Positions 28,065 to 37,812 are shown, counted from the first letter of the stretch. The stretch: DNA of 64,000 bases from Actinomycetota bacterium (GCA_026392845.1 JAPLBJ010000039.1:1173-65172); one strand, 5' to 3'. A program made the numbers and translations. Notes: generated by a model from the letters alone, not told the origin.

Positions 28065-29516
28065 GTGTCATCACACATCGCAAGGCCAGCACAAGAATTC
28101 GATAAAGAAATTATCGATATCGTTGATTATGCGCTGAATTATCAGATTAACTCTGATGTTGCGTATGAGACTGCATGGAATTGCTTGATGGACACTATCG
28201 GCTGCGGCCTTGAAGCCCTTGAATATGATGCATGTACAAAACTTATGGGACCACTTGTTCCAGGCATCGTTGTAGATAAAGGCGTTCGAGTTCCAGGAAC
28301 ATCATTTCGCTTAGATCCAGTACAAGGTGCCTTCAATATTGGCGCAATGATTCGCTGGTTAGATTTCAATGACACATGGCTAGCTGCTGAATGGGGACAC
28401 CCATCAGATAACCTCGGTGCAATTCTTGCAACCGCTGATTGGATAGCGCAAAACCCTGAATTTGGTAGTGGTAAAAAACTTGTTATGCGCGATGTTCTCA
28501 CCGCCATGATCAAAGCCCACGAAATACAAGGCTGTATTGCACTTGAGAATTCATTCAACAAAGTAGGACTAGATCACGTTATTTTGGTCAAAGTTGCATC
28601 CACCGCAGTTGTCTCACAGATGATGGGCCTTACTCGCGAACAAACTCTCAACGCTGTCTCACTTGCATGGGTTGATGGTCAAGCACTTCGTACATATCGC
28701 CATTTTCCAAATGCAGGTTCACGTAAATCGTGGGCAGCAGGGGATGCAACATCTCGCGCCGTACGACTTGCACTCATGGCTCGCGTTGGCGAAATGGGTT
28801 ATCCAAGTGCACTTACTGCAAAGATTTGGGGCTTCTACGACTCACTTTTCCGTGGAAAACATTTCGAATTCCAACGCCCTTACGGTTCATATGTTATGGA
28901 AAATATTCTCTTCAAGATCTCTTTCCCTGCAGAGTTCCATTCACAAACTGCAGTTGAGGCTGCAATGACTCTCTTTGCTCAGCTCAAAGCTGCAGGCAAA
29001 TCAGAATCTGATATTGCCAAGGTAACTATTCGCACGCACGAAGCATGTATTCGAATCATCGATAAGAAGGGCCCACTCGGCAACCCCGCAGACCGTGATC
29101 ACTGCATTCAATACATGGTTGCGGTCCCATTTATTTTTGGTCGCCTAACAGCTCGTGATTACGAAGATGAAATCGCAGCAGATCCACGAATCGACGCCCT
29201 TCGCGAAAAGATTGTCTGTATTGAAGACCCTGCATTTACAGTTGATTATCACGACCCATCAAAACGATCTATTGCAAATGCCATAACAATTACCTGCACA
29301 GATGGCACTATCTTTGGTGAAGAAGTTGTTGAATATCCAATCGGACATGCACGCCGTCGCGTTGAGGGAATTCCATTGCTAATTGAAAAATTCAAAATCA
29401 ACTTAGCTAGAATTTTCCCAGCAGATCAACAGAAAAAGATTCTAGATCTCTGTTTAGACCGCCCAAAATTTGAAGCGACCCCAGTAGAAGAGTTCATGTC
29501 ACTATTGGTGAAGTAA
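28065..29516 (+). CDS. prpD: 2-methylcitrate dehydratase
   Basis: MmgE/PrpD-family length (483 aa) and general sequence character; context after prpB and prpC. Confidence 0.8.
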   Translation: MSSHIARPAQEFDKEIIDIVDYALNYQINSDVAYETAWNCLMDTIGCGLEALEYDACTKLMGPLVPGIVVDKGVRVPGTSFRLDPVQGAFNIGAMIRWLDFNDTWLAAEWGHPSDNLGAILATADWIAQNPEFGSGKKLVMRDVLTAMIKAHEIQGCIALENSFNKVGLDHVILVKVASTAVVSQMMGLTREQTLNAVSLAWVDGQALRTYRHFPNAGSRKSWAAGDATSRAVRLALMARVGEMGYPSALTAKIWGFYDSLFRGKHFEFQRPYGSYVMENILFKISFPAEFHSQTAVEAAMTLFAQLKAAGKSESDIAKVTIRTHEACIRIIDKKGPLGNPADRDHCIQYMVAVPFIFGRLTARDYEDEIAADPRIDALREKIVCIEDPAFTVDYHDPSKRSIANAITITCTDGTIFGEEVVEYPIGHARRRVEGIPLLIEKFKINLARIFPADQQKKILDLCLDRPKFEATPVEEFMSLLVK

Positions 29517-29618
29517 GCAAAAAAAATCACCCCTTTCCCGTAGTTTGTAAGCCTATTTATGCAGTGAAAATTGGATAGTCACCGCCCTAAAAAGATGGCA
29601 TTTGGGTAGGGTTTTCCC

Positions 29619-32600
29619 ATGGCCTTTCACGAGCGCTATGGAGAGATACGCCACCGGATAGTTCAAATAATCCTTGCGGTGTTGATTGCACCTTTGTGCG
29701 TTTTCTCGATCTCTCCAGCGAGTGCCGGGGGGCCTGATTCGTATCTCACAGTTGAATCTAGGAATTTTTCGGTTGCACTTGGAGAGACGGCAACATTCAC
29801 TACTTTTGCTGTTCTCTATTCAACATCGGTAAATGAAAGTATGAGCGTCACAGTGACGCCGAATATGTGGCCTGCTGGTTATTCAAAATCTGCGGTCATG
29901 TCTGTTGATGCATCCTATGGAGCCATTACATATCAGCCAAACAACTACACTGTTGAATTTTCTTCGGCTGAACCTCGAGTAGGTAAATTCTGGGTTCGCC
30001 AATTGATAACTATACCAAGCATGGATTATGCAGGAACTTATGTTTACAAAGTTTCTGCGAGTATAAAAAGTAGTAGTGGTAATTGGGAGGTACATCAAGA
30101 CAAAATCAACATAACCGTCCGCGAACCAAATTTTAAGCTTCATATTTCGAATAGCATGTCATCAAGTGGAAATAAAGCTCAATTCGTACTCAATCCAAAT
30201 GAGATCAATAAAGATGTTGGCTGGGCAGTAAAAGAATTTGCTTTTGATTCAAATGATAATCTGAATACATATTTGCCTCTTGGTACTTATGAGGTAAGAG
30301 TCTTTCCAAATTCAGATGAGGCAATCTCGCGAACAACATCTGCCACATACACTTTCCGCATCGATGCTTCTGGATCAGTTACTTCTTTTCCGATTTCCAC
30401 TGCACCCATTAGCGGGGTTTATCAATTAGCGCTTGGCACCACTGGGGTCAATCTGACATCAACAATTGGTGGCTCCAAGAAGGCATTCAATGTAATTCGG
30501 ATAAGCGCACCTAATGGCGTAACAAAAACAATCAACCCAGCATATTTGAGCGATAAGAGCGTTTCATTGGGACTCGAAGCCGGTACCTATAAAATCCAAG
30601 TTGCAGGATCGCAGTCCAAGTTCAGTGGACTTTCTGGAGATTGCGTTGTTACAACGGGTTCTGTTTCGACATGTGACGTAGTAATCCCTGAGAGCAATTT
30701 TCCATTCCAAGTAGTCGGCGCAGTGGGTGAAACACTAACCACATTCGTTAATTCATCTGGACTCGGTATTTCAATCTATAGAACGATTGATGGTAAATAT
30801 TTGGATTATGAATCAATTTTTGATAGAACAGATTCTGAGACTGTTTCACTACAAAATGGAAATTACCGTGTAAATATACATAAGGATATGAATCGCTATT
30901 GGACCGGACGTAGCGATGCGTCCTATTCAATGACTATTGCCGGTGGAGTAGTCACCACCCTGACATCGATTACAACTGGTGAAGCTGTCTCACTGTCTGG
31001 TCCGAGATATTTACTTCCGATTCCTGTAGATAATTTTAAAGTGCGAGTCATGGGGGGCTCATCACCATCGACTTCTGGAAGTATCTGTTTATACAACAGA
31101 ACCGGTGGCAGTAATTCATGTATCAGCAGAGACACAAATGCTGAAATTTCTACACGACTATTCAATGGCACCACTGATATAGATGTCTATTCGAATTCGA
31201 CAGATTTTGTTACTGCTCGCTATACCGCAACTGTTGCATCAGGTGTTGTGACCTCGATTGCTAACACTCTTGGTGAAACGTTTACGGCACAAAGTGATTT
31301 CTATGTTTTGCCATTAAAAGTGGCAAATGTGCAGGGAACTTTGACAATAGGTGGTGTTGCCAAATATGGATATTTCAGGCAAGTAATTGATAAGACATCT
31401 GGAAACAGTGTAAACATATTTTCGAATGGGCCAGGTTGGGATGGGAAGTATGGTTTAGCCCTTCCTGAAGGATCTTATTTCCTTTCATTTGTCCCATATT
31501 ATTCAAATTATTGGGGACCCAGCATCACCACTGATTGCACAGTGGCAGCGACGGGAACAACAACATGTAATGCAACTGCTCCTGCAAATAATTTCTCCTT
31601 TACGGTAAATGACATTAATGGCGTAAAGATTACTGATTACGAAAATGTCGAATTTCGTCGATTAGGAACCTATCCTCAAAACAATTATTTCAATAATTGG
31701 AATAATGGAGATTTCGTTGTTGCGCTTCAAGATGGCGATTATGAAGTAATCGTAAGTTCAAGTCGCGCCTCCATAGACGGACAGCGACGAACGTATTCAT
31801 TCTCGGTAACAAGTGGTGTGGCTAGTCGTGTAATCGATAAAGTCACCGGAAATGTAATTGCACCAGTCTCGGGAGTTGTGCCACTTGCACTAGGAAGACC
31901 GAATTTCTCTGCCGTCGCTCATGCAAATTCGAATCCGGATCCGAATGTGTACACCTATGCCCGCCAAGTCGATGGCAATGGAAGGACCATTAGTGAAGTG
32001 AGCACATCTTCAAGTTCTGAAGGCTTGATAAGTATGGATCTCCCTAATGGCCTAAATCTTGTAACGATAAATCCAACTGGAAATGAAAGTCCTACAGTTG
32101 TATCAGCTACTTATTCAGTATTGATCGAAAGTTCAACTGTTGTATCGGTTAGTAAGGCTAGCGGAGAGACTCTGACGGTCAACGCTTCAGGTAAATATGT
32201 TCTGGCCTTTGATGTTCCCAACATTGTTGGCACGATGAGTGTCGATGGAGTTGCAACAACAGGGTATATAAATAGCATCTGGAATACGGTTTTGAATAAG
32301 CAAGTTGATTTCGGTTCAAGTGGGATCAATTCTTTGGGTAAGTACGCATTGATGATACCTGCAGGAAATTACGATGTTATGTTTGTTCCTAATGGCGGTG
32401 TAGGTGGAGTAAAGAATTGCACGGCAACAGCTGGTGTTTCAACAACATGTGACATAGCGTTCCCGGCCTCAAATCTCTCATTTGCAATCTTGGATAAGAC
32501 GGGAACAAAACTTACTAGCGGTGTCGGTGCCACAATAAATAGGAGTTTCAACAAGGGTCAATCATTTCCAGGTCGAAATTTTGGATTTGGTATCGGCGCA

Positions 32601-35600
32601 AATGAATTAGGTCAATTCACGCCTTCAATAGTTGATGGTGACTACACGTTATCAATTCGCTCGTATTCACCAGATCGTGATGGCGTAAGTCGTGAATTTT
32701 CATTCAGCGTTGAATCAGGAACAGTATCTTCCTTTACAGACAATGACACCCTGCAAGTCATAGATACCGCTACGGCACTTTCAGGAATTCGACTAGCTAC
32801 ACCAAATCTTAAGCTTTTGATAAAGGCTAATGGGGCGATTAATTCAAATTCTTATGTTTATGGATACCCAACGGCCGGTAAGTGGAATTGGTATAACTTC
32901 AGCGCCAATGAATTAGGTATCGCCTCAACTTTGTTACGCGATGGTGAATACAGATTCTATGTAAATCCAAGTGGAAATCTAACTCCACCAGCAATTACAG
33001 CAACCATTCTTGTCAAAGTTGAATCCGGAACCGTTACTTCAGTCATGGATGAAGACGCTGGAGTACTTAGCGCATCAGGTGGGATTTATACAGTCAATCT
33101 TGGCACTCCAAATCTCACTGGCACTCTCAGTGTTGGTGGAGTCGCAGCCACGGATCGTTACATAAGTATCCAAGGCTTCTTTAATTCTTCAACGCAGCAA
33201 TGGACAAATTATCGATCTGCTTCAACTTCAAGAGGAAGTTATGCAGTAAAGGTAAATACTGGCAACTATGTCATGACGACGAGCGAAAATGGTAAAGCCG
33301 GAGTAATGAGCACATGCACAGTTGGATCAGGCAACTCAACGTGCAATATTGATCATCCGGTCGATAATTTCATTTTTAAGATTCAAAGTACTTCAGGTGC
33401 GGATCTTTATGAAGATGTTAGAGCTGACGTTGAACTTCAAACTAAAAATTGGGGCCAGGGTTATGGCATCAGTCAGCAAGCAGGCGGCCTCTACAAATCT
33501 CCATTACGAGTTGTTGATGGCTTAGATGCATATTACGTAGTTGCTGTTTATCCATCCGATGGTTCGAATCGTCATGGTGTTTATCGCCGGTATAAAGTTG
33601 AAATGTCAGGCGCGACCATAACATCCGTCAAGGATTTCGTAACTGGTGCTGTCGTTACACCTGACGCAAATGGTGTTTACGCACTTAGACTCCAAGCTCC
33701 AAATATTGCTGGAACGGTTGTAGCGCCAAACGGGACTACTCCAATTCCTAACACAGGTGTTAGGACATCTGGCCCCGAATGGCGATACTTCAACACAGAT
33801 GACTCTGGTGCTTTCGCAGGAACATTGAATAAAGATGGCACATATGATGTTTGGGCACAAGCACCACAGAACGATATGACAAAGGCTGATTCTGCTAAAA
33901 CTTCTGTAACGGTTACAAATGGAATCGGTGCATCAGGGCTTCAACTAAAACTTCGCACGCCAACTGTTATCGGTACTGTACGAGGACCAACAGGTGTATC
34001 ACCAGGAAATTATATTCAAGTTATTCAAGATAATGGTAACGAGAAATATGCTGGCTCTGATCAAATGGCGACGCCTCGAAATACAAATAGCGAAGGAAAG
34101 TTTGCTTTTTATCTAGATCCAGGCACCTATAAATTTCAAGCCCAAGCTGATGAGGAAAATGCAGGTGGTGGCAGAACTGTTGGCGGGCTAACACCTGAAG
34201 GCGGGCCTTGCATAGTTACCGATACCGCGACAGTGATTGTTTGCAATATTACTTTGGCTTCATATAACACCAAGATTAAGTTACTTGGCGAAGGTGGAAC
34301 TGCTTACAGGTTTGCCAACATCAGATTCAACTATCAATTCGATAAATTCACAGGTAAAAAATCCTTAAAGTATTGGGACTGGGCTAACGTAAATCCACTT
34401 GGTCAGGCAAAAGTTTCTCTCAGTGCGGGAACATGGAATGCCAATGTTGATATATGGGGAACAGGAAACGAAGCGACGACGCAACTTAAGATTGTGATCG
34501 ATGAAACCGGCACAGTAACCTCAATGACAAATGCCAAGGGTCAGGCACTAACTGTTGATTCCGATGGGTATTACGTTGTGCAGCTTCCAGTTTCCAACTT
34601 GACAGGTACAGTCTTTGAGGATGGGGATCGCATTAACTATGGTGCGAGCGTAAATATTCTGCAAGAAAATGAATATGGATATAACTACGTTGCCGGTCGA
34701 TGGATCAATGGTGGCAAGTTTGCATTCAATGTATTACCAGGTACTTATACAGTTGAGGTCTATCCCTATAGCAATAAGGGTTATACAAGCGGTGGCTTTG
34801 TTCAAACTAAGCGCTATGACTGCACACTATCCGAGACGGCAACTTCAGTTGTTTGCGATGTAAATCTTCGAAAAGGAAATTTAGTTGGCCGTATCACTAC
34901 TCCAGCGGGAGCGCCGATTAGTGATAGCTATGCCAGCGTTTATCAAGTATCCGACGACGCGGTCTCGGGTAAGAACTATAAATGGGGACAAGGTCTCAAT
35001 AGTTATGACGGATCCTTCACGACATTCTTAGAAGACGGCAATTTTGAATTGATGGTTTACCCAGGTGGGCTCTCACAAGCAAGTTACACACAGAGCCGAT
35101 TCTCAATTACCGTTTCATCGGGTGCTATTACTTCTGTCCGAAATCTGAATCGCAATGAAACGGTTACTGCAGTATCTGGTCAGTATTCTTTCGCTCTGAC
35201 AAGTCCTGCGATATCGGGTTCAGTATTGCAGTCGGGGACAAGTGCTGCAGCAGTGCAATGGGCTCAGATTATTCCTATTGCCGTCGGTGGGGAAAGAAAC
35301 GGCGAAGAACTCTGGGAATATTCAACAAATTCAAATGAAAGAGGAAAGTTTGCAATGTCCGTTCCTGATGGAACGTATGACATTGTTGCTCGATCGTGGG
35401 GTAAATCTGGTGGCGGATCGACGAACTCGGGTAAATATCGAGTCGTAGTTTCGGGCGGATTCGGTACTGACACCATGACGATAAGGATGAAAGAACCTAA
35501 TTTTAAGCTTCGTGTTGTTTCTCCATTGAATTCAAGTACTGGACTTTCAGATGTGTGGATCAACGGCAATTATGGAAATCAATATTTTGGTGGAAGTACT

Positions 35601-36614
35601 GACAATGATGGATATTTGACTGCTTATATTGACACATCAACAGTTGTTACTTGCGGAACTTCATGTCGCTTGAATCTCTACCCTGGATATAGATCAACCT
35701 TTACTCCAGTCTCTACCTATTTCACCACCGTTGGCGATATCGGAAATGTTGCATTAGGTGTTGTTAATTCAAAAGTAACTGTTCGGATTCCAACCAACGG
35801 CGGAGTCGGATTGCCTGATAAGTGGTCATGGTTATCAGTTCAAGAACTCAATGGCAGCGGCGCAGTAATAAGTGAGAGTGGTTATGACACTAACGAACTT
35901 GGCCAAGCTGGGTTAGGCCTTGTATCAGGAACTAGATATCGAATTACGGCATATCCATCAGGTCAGTATTACGGACGCTACTCGCCCAAGGTCTACGACA
36001 TCGCATCTTTCAATACGACAACGCATGCCGAGATAACTATTACTTTTGATTCACCGAATGTGACTTTTGTTGTCTATGACCGCGAAGGCACTGGAAATGC
36101 CTGGGGCTGGTTTGAAATTCAACAAGGCTCTGGTGCTTCATATTCATATGCTGCCGATGGTTATCTCAATGATCAAGGTAGAGGTGCACTATTCCTTGCA
36201 GATAACACTGCAGGACAGCAATACAAAATGATTTTGTATCCAGGTAAATCTAAGGGTGTCGAAAAAACCATCTACTTCACCGTCTCAGGTGGCAATGTCA
36301 CTGCCTCAACTGGTGCAACCTTTACATCTAATGTAGGTCGAATAACTATGGGTGCAGGAAACGTAACTGGAACAGTGGTCTCTTCTGCCGGCGAGTTGCT
36401 AGCCAATATTCCAATCACTGCCACATCATCTGATGGTCTAACCAAGGTAAGCACTGTAACTGGAGCCGATGGAAGCTATGAGTTCTATCTGGATACAACA
36501 GTTTCTTGGACGCTCAACGCTGTCAATCCATTTATTGCAACTCCTACAACAGGAACCACATCAATAGTTGCTAACTCTGGATCCTATACAGGCAAGACAA
36601 TCACTCTTACCTAA
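29619..36614 (+). CDS. Giant secreted repeat protein (2331 aa) built from about 100-aa beta-sandwich-like modules
   Basis: Single uninterrupted ORF. N-terminal signal/anchor IVQIILAVLIAPLCVFSISPASA|GG. Recurrent module signatures: P-x-x-NF-x-F, N-[LIV]-x-G-T-[LM]-S-V-G-G-V-A, Y-x-F-x-V-x-S-G-x-V-T-S, and C-x(8-10)-C. No LPXTG motif or C-terminal TM helix. Confidence 0.7.
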   Translation: MAFHERYGEIRHRIVQIILAVLIAPLCVFSISPASAGGPDSYLTVESRNFSVALGETATFTTFAVLYSTSVNESMSVTVTPNMWPAGYSKSAVMSVDASYGAITYQPNNYTVEFSSAEPRVGKFWVRQLITIPSMDYAGTYVYKVSASIKSSSGNWEVHQDKINITVREPNFKLHISNSMSSSGNKAQFVLNPNEINKDVGWAVKEFAFDSNDNLNTYLPLGTYEVRVFPNSDEAISRTTSATYTFRIDASGSVTSFPISTAPISGVYQLALGTTGVNLTSTIGGSKKAFNVIRISAPNGVTKTINPAYLSDKSVSLGLEAGTYKIQVAGSQSKFSGLSGDCVVTTGSVSTCDVVIPESNFPFQVVGAVGETLTTFVNSSGLGISIYRTIDGKYLDYESIFDRTDSETVSLQNGNYRVNIHKDMNRYWTGRSDASYSMTIAGGVVTTLTSITTGEAVSLSGPRYLLPIPVDNFKVRVMGGSSPSTSGSICLYNRTGGSNSCISRDTNAEISTRLFNGTTDIDVYSNSTDFVTARYTATVASGVVTSIANTLGETFTAQSDFYVLPLKVANVQGTLTIGGVAKYGYFRQVIDKTSGNSVNIFSNGPGWDGKYGLALPEGSYFLSFVPYYSNYWGPSITTDCTVAATGTTTCNATAPANNFSFTVNDINGVKITDYENVEFRRLGTYPQNNYFNNWNNGDFVVALQDGDYEVIVSSSRASIDGQRRTYSFSVTSGVASRVIDKVTGNVIAPVSGVVPLALGRPNFSAVAHANSNPDPNVYTYARQVDGNGRTISEVSTSSSSEGLISMDLPNGLNLVTINPTGNESPTVVSATYSVLIESSTVVSVSKASGETLTVNASGKYVLAFDVPNIVGTMSVDGVATTGYINSIWNTVLNKQVDFGSSGINSLGKYALMIPAGNYDVMFVPNGGVGGVKNCTATAGVSTTCDIAFPASNLSFAILDKTGTKLTSGVGATINRSFNKGQSFPGRNFGFGIGANELGQFTPSIVDGDYTLSIRSYSPDRDGVSREFSFSVESGTVSSFTDNDTLQVIDTATALSGIRLATPNLKLLIKANGAINSNSYVYGYPTAGKWNWYNFSANELGIASTLLRDGEYRFYVNPSGNLTPPAITATILVKVESGTVTSVMDEDAGVLSASGGIYTVNLGTPNLTGTLSVGGVAATDRYISIQGFFNSSTQQWTNYRSASTSRGSYAVKVNTGNYVMTTSENGKAGVMSTCTVGSGNSTCNIDHPVDNFIFKIQSTSGADLYEDVRADVELQTKNWGQGYGISQQAGGLYKSPLRVVDGLDAYYVVAVYPSDGSNRHGVYRRYKVEMSGATITSVKDFVTGAVVTPDANGVYALRLQAPNIAGTVVAPNGTTPIPNTGVRTSGPEWRYFNTDDSGAFAGTLNKDGTYDVWAQAPQNDMTKADSAKTSVTVTNGIGASGLQLKLRTPTVIGTVRGPTGVSPGNYIQVIQDNGNEKYAGSDQMATPRNTNSEGKFAFYLDPGTYKFQAQADEENAGGGRTVGGLTPEGGPCIVTDTATVIVCNITLASYNTKIKLLGEGGTAYRFANIRFNYQFDKFTGKKSLKYWDWANVNPLGQAKVSLSAGTWNANVDIWGTGNEATTQLKIVIDETGTVTSMTNAKGQALTVDSDGYYVVQLPVSNLTGTVFEDGDRINYGASVNILQENEYGYNYVAGRWINGGKFAFNVLPGTYTVEVYPYSNKGYTSGGFVQTKRYDCTLSETATSVVCDVNLRKGNLVGRITTPAGAPISDSYASVYQVSDDAVSGKNYKWGQGLNSYDGSFTTFLEDGNFELMVYPGGLSQASYTQSRFSITVSSGAITSVRNLNRNETVTAVSGQYSFALTSPAISGSVLQSGTSAAAVQWAQIIPIAVGGERNGEELWEYSTNSNERGKFAMSVPDGTYDIVARSWGKSGGGSTNSGKYRVVVSGGFGTDTMTIRMKEPNFKLRVVSPLNSSTGLSDVWINGNYGNQYFGGSTDNDGYLTAYIDTSTVVTCGTSCRLNLYPGYRSTFTPVSTYFTTVGDIGNVALGVVNSKVTVRIPTNGGVGLPDKWSWLSVQELNGSGAVISESGYDTNELGQAGLGLVSGTRYRITAYPSGQYYGRYSPKVYDIASFNTTTHAEITITFDSPNVTFVVYDREGTGNAWGWFEIQQGSGASYSYAADGYLNDQGRGALFLADNTAGQQYKMILYPGKSKGVEKTIYFTVSGGNVTASTGATFTSNVGRITMGAGNVTGTVVSSAGELLANIPITATSSDGLTKVSTVTGADGSYEFYLDTTVSWTLNAVNPFIATPTTGTTSIVANSGSYTGKTITLT

Positions 36615-37812
36615 TGAAAAGATTTTTACGCCTTGGTTTATCGTTCATATTAGTTCTTATAAGTGTGCAGATAATTCTTCCGCAGATGAGTTTTTCGGCA
36701 GTCTTGGGTGTACCGACAAATGTAGTTGTCAGAACCAGTACCGATGCCCCATATTTGAATGCAAGCCTTACTGTGACATGGGATGAAGAAGAGAGCGCAA
36801 CTGCCTACGCGGTAATCGCAACACTCCAAAAAGTGTTGATAAGCCAACTGCGATTCCAGATGTCGGATCTGCCACAGTAAATTGGACTGCGTTAGTTGGA
36901 AATGAAAATGGCGGCTCCTCTATTACTTCCTACGTCATTACAGAGACAAATAGCGGAAAGAGCATCTCTGCTTCTAGCAGTGCATCGTCAATTGAGTTCA
37001 CAGATTTAGATCAAGGCGTGGGTGCGATATTTACGGTAACTGCACTCACTGCAATTAGTGCAACAGGTAGCGTTTCAACGGCATCAGATGAAGTAACTAT
37101 TACAAGCGCCGATGACGAAGGTGCATCGCCAACACCAACTGCGACTGCATCGGCAACTTCAACTCCAACACCAACAGCATCACCATCTTCGTCATCAACA
37201 TCTGGAAGTGGTGGTGGGGGATTTGGAGGCGGCGGCGGTGGCTTTGGTGGCGGTGAAGATACTGCAACAGCATCGGCATCGCCTTCAGCTAGTCCAAGTA
37301 CGAGTGGATCTCCTTCACCATCGCCTAGCGCCAGTAAATCTCCATCACCATCTCCTTCACCTAGTGCTGTGATTGCAAGTAATAGTGTGTCACCAATTGC
37401 CAAACCAAGTGTTGTTTGTACAACGGCTAAACCAGTAACAAAAGGTGGAAAAGGTGTAGTTACATGTATTACAACGTATCCAAAAGGATCTACTGAGACT
37501 AAACCAAGTCTTAAATGTGTAACTGAACTACCTGCAAAAAAGGGTGCGAAATCAGTAGTTACATGTTCAACAATTGCGCCAAGTAAGAAAGCAACAACTA
37601 AAGCCAGCGCTGCTCCAAGTAAAGCTGCGACGACGAAAGCAACAACAAAAGCGACTGCAAAAGCAACCGTGAAGGCTACGACGAAGGCAACAAGTAAAGC
37701 CAGCGCTAAACCGTCTGCCAAGAAAATAACTATTACGTGCGCTAAAGGAAAGGCAACAGTGAAAGTAACTGATGTAAAGCCTGTGTGCCCTAAGGGCTAC
37801 ACGAAGAAATAA
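36614..37812 (+). pseudogene. Secreted FN3 / PT-G-SP low-complexity / Lys-Cys-rich C-terminal protein; reading frame changes between 36787 and 36880
   Basis: The ATG overlaps the giant-gene stop (TAATG). Signal peptide MKRFLRLGLSFILVLISVQIILPQMSFSA. A half FN3 module in frame 2 ends at 36880. Frame 1, open from 36787, encodes a full FN3 (VGSATVNWTAL..GGSSITSYVI..FTDLDQG..FTVTAL) and the rest of the protein through 37812. Confidence 0.55.
37588..37722 (+). repeat. Imperfect 12-bp tandem repeat encoding (K-A-T/S-T/A)n
   Basis: AAAGCAACAACT AAAGCCAGCGCT ... AAAGCAACAACA AAAGCGACTGCA AAAGCAACCGTG AAGGCTACGACG AAGGCAACAAGT AAAGCCAGCGCT. Confidence 0.7.

Noticed and set aside
37140-37400. Repetitive DNA that might be mistaken for a CRISPR array or VNTR locus
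   Set aside because: The repeats are short codon-level (SP, G, PT) coding repeats within one ORF. There are no 25-40-bp direct repeats with unique spacers and no cas genes.
37011-37721. 236-aa minus-strand ORF (ADGLALALLVAFVVAF...) and + strand ORF 37112-37372
   Set aside because: Both are alternative-frame or antisense read-outs of the low-complexity PT/G/SP/KATT region. The composition is repeat-driven, and the + strand frame continuous with the FN3 domain explains the region.
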